Assembly (NCBI GenBank): GCA_041675145.1
Contig: JBAYUK010000001.1
Span: 106,751-170,750, forward strand
Source: Patescibacteria group bacterium
GTDB lineage: Bacteria > Patescibacteriota > JACPGU01
Length of the DNA: 64,000 bases
Reading direction: 5' to 3'
The notes under the pieces: model-generated
What the model was told of the DNA's origin: nothing
The model's database searches: none
What the model saw: the letters and a program-made list of their open reading frames with translations, nothing else
Translations under genes and position numbers: made by a program
Shown: positions 59,134 to 64,000 of the stretch, in pieces
How positions within the stretch are numbered: the first letter of the stretch is position 1
Layout of the letters: the number at the start of each line of letters is the position of its first letter

Positions 59134-60246
59134 CTTCACATAATCAAACGGGTTCTGAGCTACACCATTTAAACGAACTTCAAAGTGCAGGTGGGTACCG
59201 GTCGAAAATCCGGTTGAGCCCATGATACCGATCTTCTGCCCTGAAGTAACATTATCTCCAGGCTTAACCAAGACACTGGATAAGTGGCCGTACAGAGTCT
59301 GGTATCCGTTACCGTGATCTATAATGATGTGGTTTCCGTATCCTCCGCCCCATCCGTAACCAACAGAAACGACTGTTCCCTGGTCAGAAGCTAAAATATC
59401 GAGGCCGTTTCTAAAGTCAAGGTCCACTCCTGTATGCTTGTATGTTTTTGTCACCCATCCAAAGTACTGAGTTACAAAGTGAGTTCTAGAGGTAAGTGGC
59501 CAAACAAAGTTACCACTACCCATAACAACTGATCCGCTATATGCGGTCATACCAGGGCCAGTTACCGGCAAGAAGGTCTGGGCAGTAGTCTTGCGAGCTC
59601 CTGGAAGCGTAATCATCTCACCGATAGGTAAGTTGCCTGCTATTTTATTCTGAGACTTTATCGTATCTGCCGAGACTGAGAAGTCCTTGGCAATACCCTC
59701 GAGTGTATCCCCTTCTTTCACGGTATATACAAGACCGTTTACTGGTGGAATGATCATTTCCTGGCCAGGTTTAATCGCATTCGTATCGGTGATGTTATTT
59801 ACCCAACGCAAGGTATCTATCGTAATTTCAAAACGGTAAGAAATAGTATAGATCGTATCTCCTTCCGCTACTGTATAGGTAGTAATCTTTTCACGAGGCA
59901 GCGTTGATATAATAGTGTTTGGCAGTATCGGTTTTGAAAGGAAGAAGTCACCCTCTGTTAAATACTTCGTATTCTGACTTGACTGGCCACCTACTATAGG
60001 AGGCGCTAGATCAGAGACATACGATAGGATTATATCTATCTTTTTAGCGTCAATTGATCCAACCTCTACTCCCTGAGCCAGGATAAGAGAGTGGTTGATC
60101 GTAGATCCAAAAAAGACCTGTAACATCAAAGCAAAGCTCACCAAGACGATAATACGCTGGTGAGTAGTCCATATATCTACAATTGTAGTACGCACACTGT
60201 CCCGAAGATTGGGCATAGAAATTACATTATACTCCTGGGTATGCAA
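59131..60246 (-). CDS. Secreted M23-family metalloendopeptidase with two LysM domains
   Basis: LysM 'YTVAEGDTIYTIS' and 'YTVKEGDTLEGIA'; M23 'HTGVDL...GYGNHIIIDHG...GSTGFSTGTHLHFEV'. Confidence 0.85.
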   Translation of the reverse strand: MHTQEYNVISMPNLRDSVRTTIVDIWTTHQRIIVLVSFALMLQVFFGSTINHSLILAQGVEVGSIDAKKIDIILSYVSDLAPPIVGGQSSQNTKYLTEGDFFLSKPILPNTIISTLPREKITTYTVAEGDTIYTISYRFEITIDTLRWVNNITDTNAIKPGQEMIIPPVNGLVYTVKEGDTLEGIAKDFSVSADTIKSQNKIAGNLPIGEMITLPGARKTTAQTFLPVTGPGMTAYSGSVVMGSGNFVWPLTSRTHFVTQYFGWVTKTYKHTGVDLDFRNGLDILASDQGTVVSVGYGWGGGYGNHIIIDHGNGYQTLYGHLSSVLVKPGDNVTSGQKIGIMGSTGFSTGTHLHFEVRLNGVAQNPFDYVK

Positions 60247-60267
60247 CCCGTGTCAAATCCATATATG

Positions 60268-60296
60268 ATTATACTGTATATATACTATTTTGTCAA
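60268..60296 (-). promoter_or_regulatory. Consensus promoter TTGACA-17 nt-TATAAT for the M23 peptidase gene
   Basis: Both hexamers are perfect consensus on the minus strand. Confidence 0.65.
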
Positions 60297-60311
60297 TATT
60301 CCAACAGATAC

Positions 60312-60345
60312 AAAAATCCCCTGCCTAGTAGTCCAGACAGGGGTA
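60312..60345 (-). terminator. Terminator CCCCTG...CAGGGG followed by U-tract, after the HD-domain gene
   Basis: Hairpin about 20 nt after the stop, with T5 on the minus strand. Confidence 0.55.
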
Positions 60346-60366
60346 GGAGCATTCTTTATAAAAATG

Positions 60367-61212
60367 TTAGGCAACTTGTGCAAGTGCTAATATTTCGTAA
60401 AGGTTCATGGAAGATTCGTTGATGTCTTGAAGAAAAGCACGGAACTTGAACACAAGATCCAGATTCAAGAGACCAGCACGACCCATTTGGATCAGGATGA
60501 TCATGGTTGCGTCCTGGCTTCTTTTGTCTCCAGAGTCATCAGCATTGTAGGGACGAGAGCCAGTAATAGCCTCAAAGATATCAACGATGGCCATCATATC
60601 GGCAATTTGGTGCTCACCAATAGTAAGCCCGTGTTCAGTGAAAAAGCCGTAGCTGGTTCCGTCGTCCTTGTAGCGCAGATGGTGCGCTGTAGTTGCGAAA
60701 CGCACCTCATCAGGCAGTTTAGAGAATTGCAATCCCATCTTCTCCTCAAACGCCTTGTACACACTGCGCTTGGCAATGTGCTGGCGAAAGATTTCAATGC
60801 GAGGGTCTCTTTTTGGGATCTTGTTGAGTTGGGCCATGATTCCAAGAGCAATCAATTCTTTGGTTCGATCACCCTCCTTGCCTTCTTCTTCCCCCATAAA
60901 CGGCTTACCGGCATCATGAAGATACGCAGCAACACCATAAGCGAACGGATTTTTGATCCCTAAGTGGAAGGCCCAGTACATCATGAGTTTCGCACATCGT
61001 CTCACATGCGCCTCATTCATATCATGGCCAGATCCTCTTAAACTCACCAAGATGATCGGATTGACCTTCTTGAGGAGCTCATGGTCGTCGTGGCGCGGTT
61101 GCAACATCGAAGCGTATGATGCCTTGCCGAGGAAATAGAGATCACGCCATTCTTCAGTTGCTGTTGCAGCGATTTTCTTCGCCAGTGGGAGAGTAATGAT
61201 TTCATTGGACAA
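60367..61212 (-). CDS. HD-domain phosphohydrolase-like protein
   Basis: 'YLHDAGK' HD motif with further His/Asp ligands. Confidence 0.55.
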   Translation of the reverse strand: MSNEIITLPLAKKIAATATEEWRDLYFLGKASYASMLQPRHDDHELLKKVNPIILVSLRGSGHDMNEAHVRRCAKLMMYWAFHLGIKNPFAYGVAAYLHDAGKPFMGEEEGKEGDRTKELIALGIMAQLNKIPKRDPRIEIFRQHIAKRSVYKAFEEKMGLQFSKLPDEVRFATTAHHLRYKDDGTSYGFFTEHGLTIGEHQIADMMAIVDIFEAITGSRPYNADDSGDKRSQDATMIILIQMGRAGLLNLDLVFKFRAFLQDINESSMNLYEILALAQVA

Positions 61213-61304
61213 GAAAATGCCCCCTTTCTTTTCTTGGTGGTGTGTATGTTGTAGCTGTCAAAGGACGAGTGAACCTTATTCTACTCCTTTAGTGGGATTA
61301 AATC

Positions 61305-61332
61305 AAAATACACAGATAACTGTGTATTTTTC
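61305..61332. terminator. Terminator AATACACAG-ATAA-CTGTGTATT followed by T4
   Basis: Perfect 9-bp stem, 47 nt after the stop of the RHH gene. Confidence 0.7.
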
Positions 61333-61375
61333 CTCTTACTGACCCTAATCGTATCTACTGTAAACTCGGCATAAA

Positions 61376-61561
61376 CTATTTCTTTATTTTTGCTTTCTCC
61401 TTTTTACTTGGCTTAAGAGAAACGTGTATCTCTTTGTCGCTAATAAACTGTCTCAAAAGAACATTTAATACCTTACTAAGCGTAAGGCCCATTTCCTTGG
61501 CTAACTTTTGAGCCTCTTTTTTTACTCTTTCATCAGTTTTAAAGCTTATTGTTGTTTTCAT
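61376..61561 (-). CDS. Ribbon-helix-helix (CopG/RelB-like) small DNA-binding protein, no partner toxin
   Basis: 'ISFKTDERVKKEAQKLAKEMGLTLSKVLNVLLRQFI' is an RHH pattern. Confidence 0.55.
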   Translation of the reverse strand: MKTTISFKTDERVKKEAQKLAKEMGLTLSKVLNVLLRQFISDKEIHVSLKPSKKEKAKIKK

Positions 61562-61607
61562 TGGTATATTTTTTTATATAAAAATAAGTACAACTTGCAG
61601 TAGTTTT

Positions 61608-61988
61608 TTACGAGTTTTCTAACAAAAATTTCTTCAAGCCTTTAAGATCCTTCGCGTCTTTGTCGTACCAGAATGTCGTAATCCCTACTGACTGGGCAGA
61701 CGCAACTGCTTCCGTGTTATGCTCAAAGTACACCACTTCATTTGGAGTAAGAGAAAAATGCTCGAGTAGTTTTTGAAAATATTCAGGATCGGTTTTGTTT
61801 GGATTATGCTCGAGAGAAAAAACCTCGTACGGCATGCTTACAATCCCAAACTTTTCTCGTTCTTCTTCGTTCGCATTAGTGACAATTATTTTTCTATTGT
61901 AAAAACTATCTAGCAGATCTTTCATCTCCTGAAAAACACCACTTTCGGTCACGAATGTATTCCACGCATCAACAAGAATGGTTTTCAT
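61608..61988 (-). CDS. Small HAD-like hydrolase (126 aa)
   Basis: 'ILVDAWNTF' motif I-like and 'YFEHNTEAV'. Weak. Confidence 0.45.
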   Translation of the reverse strand: MKTILVDAWNTFVTESGVFQEMKDLLDSFYNRKIIVTNANEEEREKFGIVSMPYEVFSLEHNPNKTDPEYFQKLLEHFSLTPNEVVYFEHNTEAVASAQSVGITTFWYDKDAKDLKGLKKFLLENS

Positions 61989-61993
61989 AGCAA

Positions 61994-62524
61994 TTATTTT
62001 TTATCTGGATAGATTCTGTACTCAACCATGTGCAGGTTAACACCACTTGCGTTCACTTCATCATATTCTCGTTCTATAACACCACCTAAAGATTCAGGGA
62101 TCTTGCGACTGGCGATATTCACATCTACCACTGGATATTTGATATAGTCGTATTTCAAATTTTCTTCTCCCCATTTTTTCAAGGCAGCGACTGCCTCTCT
62201 TCCATAACCATAACCATGGGCAGATTTTTTGATCCAGATACCTAACTCTGGAGTCTTCGTATTAATCTCCTCGATACCGCCGTTGCCCAAATATTCTCCT
62301 GTATCTTTGAGGATAATATTAACAATATAGTCAGTACCAGCTTTGTTCTGTCCCATCGCTCCATTTATGTACTCAATCGACTCCTCTATCTTTTCCGGGG
62401 AGCTAGGAAACATATGTCTAGTTATTTCTGGAGTAAATTCAGCAAACATCTCTTCTTTATAATCCAAAGAGATTGGTTTTAAAATCAAGCGATCTGTTTC
62501 AATTACGATACTTGAAGTGTCCAT
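61994..62524 (-). CDS. GNAT N-acetyltransferase (RimJ/RimL-like)
   Basis: 'IETDRLILKPISLDY' N-terminus typical of RimJ/L-type acetyltransferases. Confidence 0.7.
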   Translation of the reverse strand: MDTSSIVIETDRLILKPISLDYKEEMFAEFTPEITRHMFPSSPEKIEESIEYINGAMGQNKAGTDYIVNIILKDTGEYLGNGGIEEINTKTPELGIWIKKSAHGYGYGREAVAALKKWGEENLKYDYIKYPVVDVNIASRKIPESLGGVIEREYDEVNASGVNLHMVEYRIYPDKK

Positions 62525-62525
62525 A

Positions 62526-63776
62526 TTATCCTTTCAAAAATTTCACAAGTTCGTCTTCGCTCATAATCTGCGACTCAGCCTCAGTGCGCTTCTTTACTTC
62601 CACGCCACCTGCAGCGAGAGATTTTTCAGACACTACGACGCGCACTGGCATACCCATAAGGTCTGCGTCGGCCAGTTTTGCTCCAGCTGACTCTTCACGG
62701 TCGTCGTAGAAGACTTCTACCCCTGCAGATACAAGCTGGGAATACAGCGCATCGGCAGTAGCTCGCGTACTATCATCTTTTCCAAGCAAGGCTACATACA
62801 CGGTATACGGCGCAATCGCCGCAGGCCAAACGAGTCCCTTCTCATCAGCAAAGTACTCAACTACCACTCCCATCAGGCGCCCAATACCGATACCATACGA
62901 ACTAAGATATACTGGCTTGCGTTCACCGTTCTCATCTTGGAAGTAGAGTCCGATTTGCTCAGATTTAGTCGTACCAAAGTTAAAGATATTCCCCACTTCA
63001 GCTGCTCGTACTTTCTCTAATGTATCTTTATTCAGTCCGAGTTGTGAGATCACCTCGTCGGTATATACCTCTTCGTTAATAGCAACTTTCTTTTCTCGAT
63101 CAATATAGATCGTATCTTCACCGGCTTCTACTACGGTCTGGAACTCGTGACTAAACTGAGTAAACGCTCCCCCTGATGCAGCGGTAAGGTAAGTAACATC
63201 CCCTAAACCAACACGGCTAAATATCTTCAGGTACGTCTGTGTAGTAGCATCATAGAAGTCTGTTAATTCCGCCTCCGTCTTGGTATAGGTATACATATCT
63301 TTCATGACAAACTCACGAGTACGCATAATGCCTGACTTGGCTCTTGTTTCATTACGCAGCTTATTCTGGAACTGGTAGACGCTAAACGGAAGATCCCGGT
63401 AGCTACTCACAAATTCCTTCATCATGGTTGTGATCGGTTCTTCATGTGACCACCCGAATCCTACTTCAGTACCATTTTTAAGCTTGGATTTAAACCAGAC
63501 ATCTACCTTTTCATCATCCCAGCGATCTGTCTGTTCCCAGACCTCTTTTGGCTGAAGACTGGTCATGGTAAGTTCTTGCGATCCAAGCGCATTCATCTCT
63601 TCCCGTACGATGTTTTTGATCTTTTCAAAGACACGGAGTCCAAGTGGCAAGTATGCATACACTCCTGCCATTTCTTTATGGATAAAACCAGCACGAAGCA
63701 GAAGCTGGGCATTTTTTGCCACTTCTTCTGCAGAAACGGTTTTGCTTGTTTTTGTAAAAAGCTGTGAGTATCTCAT
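62526..63776 (-). CDS. proS: Proline--tRNA ligase (short form lacking the insertion/editing domain)
   Basis: 'MRYSQLFTKTSK...LLLRAGFI' N-terminus, class II motifs and a C-terminal anticodon-binding domain. Confidence 0.85.
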   Translation of the reverse strand: MRYSQLFTKTSKTVSAEEVAKNAQLLLRAGFIHKEMAGVYAYLPLGLRVFEKIKNIVREEMNALGSQELTMTSLQPKEVWEQTDRWDDEKVDVWFKSKLKNGTEVGFGWSHEEPITTMMKEFVSSYRDLPFSVYQFQNKLRNETRAKSGIMRTREFVMKDMYTYTKTEAELTDFYDATTQTYLKIFSRVGLGDVTYLTAASGGAFTQFSHEFQTVVEAGEDTIYIDREKKVAINEEVYTDEVISQLGLNKDTLEKVRAAEVGNIFNFGTTKSEQIGLYFQDENGERKPVYLSSYGIGIGRLMGVVVEYFADEKGLVWPAAIAPYTVYVALLGKDDSTRATADALYSQLVSAGVEVFYDDREESAGAKLADADLMGMPVRVVVSEKSLAAGGVEVKKRTEAESQIMSEDELVKFLKG

Positions 63777-63821
63777 AGGGATAAATAACCAGTATTACGA
63801 GTAGTATACCAGAAACAATAA

Positions 63822-64000
63822 TTATTTCGAATGCTTTGCCACCGCCTTAGCCACTGCCGGCACCACTGTTGGATCCAGTGGACCAGGTAAAATACGATCC
63901 GCTGTGGGGTGAGAGACCAAATCTGCAATTGCTTTACTTGCCGCATACTGCATGGCTGGGGTAATGCGCTGTGCTCGAGAGTCAAGCGCTCCACGAAATA
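63822..64000 (-). CDS. 3' end of a malic enzyme gene (partial; continues beyond window)
   Basis: Hand-translated frame gives '...AMQYAASKAIADLVSHPTADRILPGPLDPTVVPAVAKAVAKHSK*', which resembles malic-enzyme C-termini. The ORF-track entry 63773..63994 is in a different frame and looks spurious. Confidence 0.5.
   Translation of the reverse strand, partial: FRGALDSRAQRITPAMQYAASKAIADLVSHPTADRILPGPLDPTVVPAVAKAVAKHSK

Noticed and set aside
63773-63994. ORF-track CDS 63773..63994 (-, 73 aa)
   Set aside because: It is in the wrong frame. An alternative frame gives a malic-enzyme-like C-terminus ending at 63822.
1-64000. CRISPR arrays, transposases/integrases, rRNA or tRNA genes
   Set aside because: No regularly spaced direct repeats, no DDE/tyrosine-recombinase-like ORFs, and no tRNA T-loop/D-loop signatures were found by eye in any intergenic region. 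A tRNAscan/Infernal run is still advisable for 9874-11651.

Overview
This window reads as a compact bacterial chromosome segment of roughly 40-45% GC with short intergenic regions. The minus strand is dominated by the conserved translation/transcription 'superoperon': rpoB-rpoC-rpsL-rpsG, then fusA, then tuf followed by the S10, spc and alpha clusters (rpsJ through rplQ), ending rplM-rpsI-rbfA. Also present are pheS-pheT, obg, proS, map, adk, infA, gmk and msrB. Several things point to a CPR/Patescibacteria-like lineage, though this is inference: no rpmD (L30) between rpsE and rplO, long lineage-style extensions on S5, S11, L22 and L23, a lone purN-like gene, many small membrane and surface proteins, and near-consensus sigma70 promoters paired with clean intrinsic terminators. 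The superoperon is interrupted by three accessory insertions. (i) Between rpsG and fusA lies a self-contained locus (about 40972-47600) with its own perfect TTGACA-16-TATAAT promoter, encoding a secreted trypsin-like protease, a 1648-aa giant surface protein (tandem beta-propeller repeats, IPT/TIG and FG-GAP-like repeats) and a small membrane-anchored partner. (ii) Between fusA and tuf lie membrane proteins, gmk, msrB, a RelE/YafQ-DinJ toxin-antitoxin pair with an inverted-repeat operator, and SpoU, GNAT and HAD genes. (iii) Between secY and adk lies an oppositely transcribed six-gene operon of small unknown proteins, three of them membrane proteins, bounded by a consensus promoter and a terminator and followed by a lone purN-like formyltransferase. 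A 1.8-kb mostly non-coding stretch (9874-11651) contains a GC-rich island, unusual for this AT-rich context, and a promoter-hairpin-terminator unit that looks like a small RNA or leader. I could not assign it to tmRNA, RNase P or SRP RNA by eye. No rRNA, tRNA, CRISPR array or transposase was recognised.
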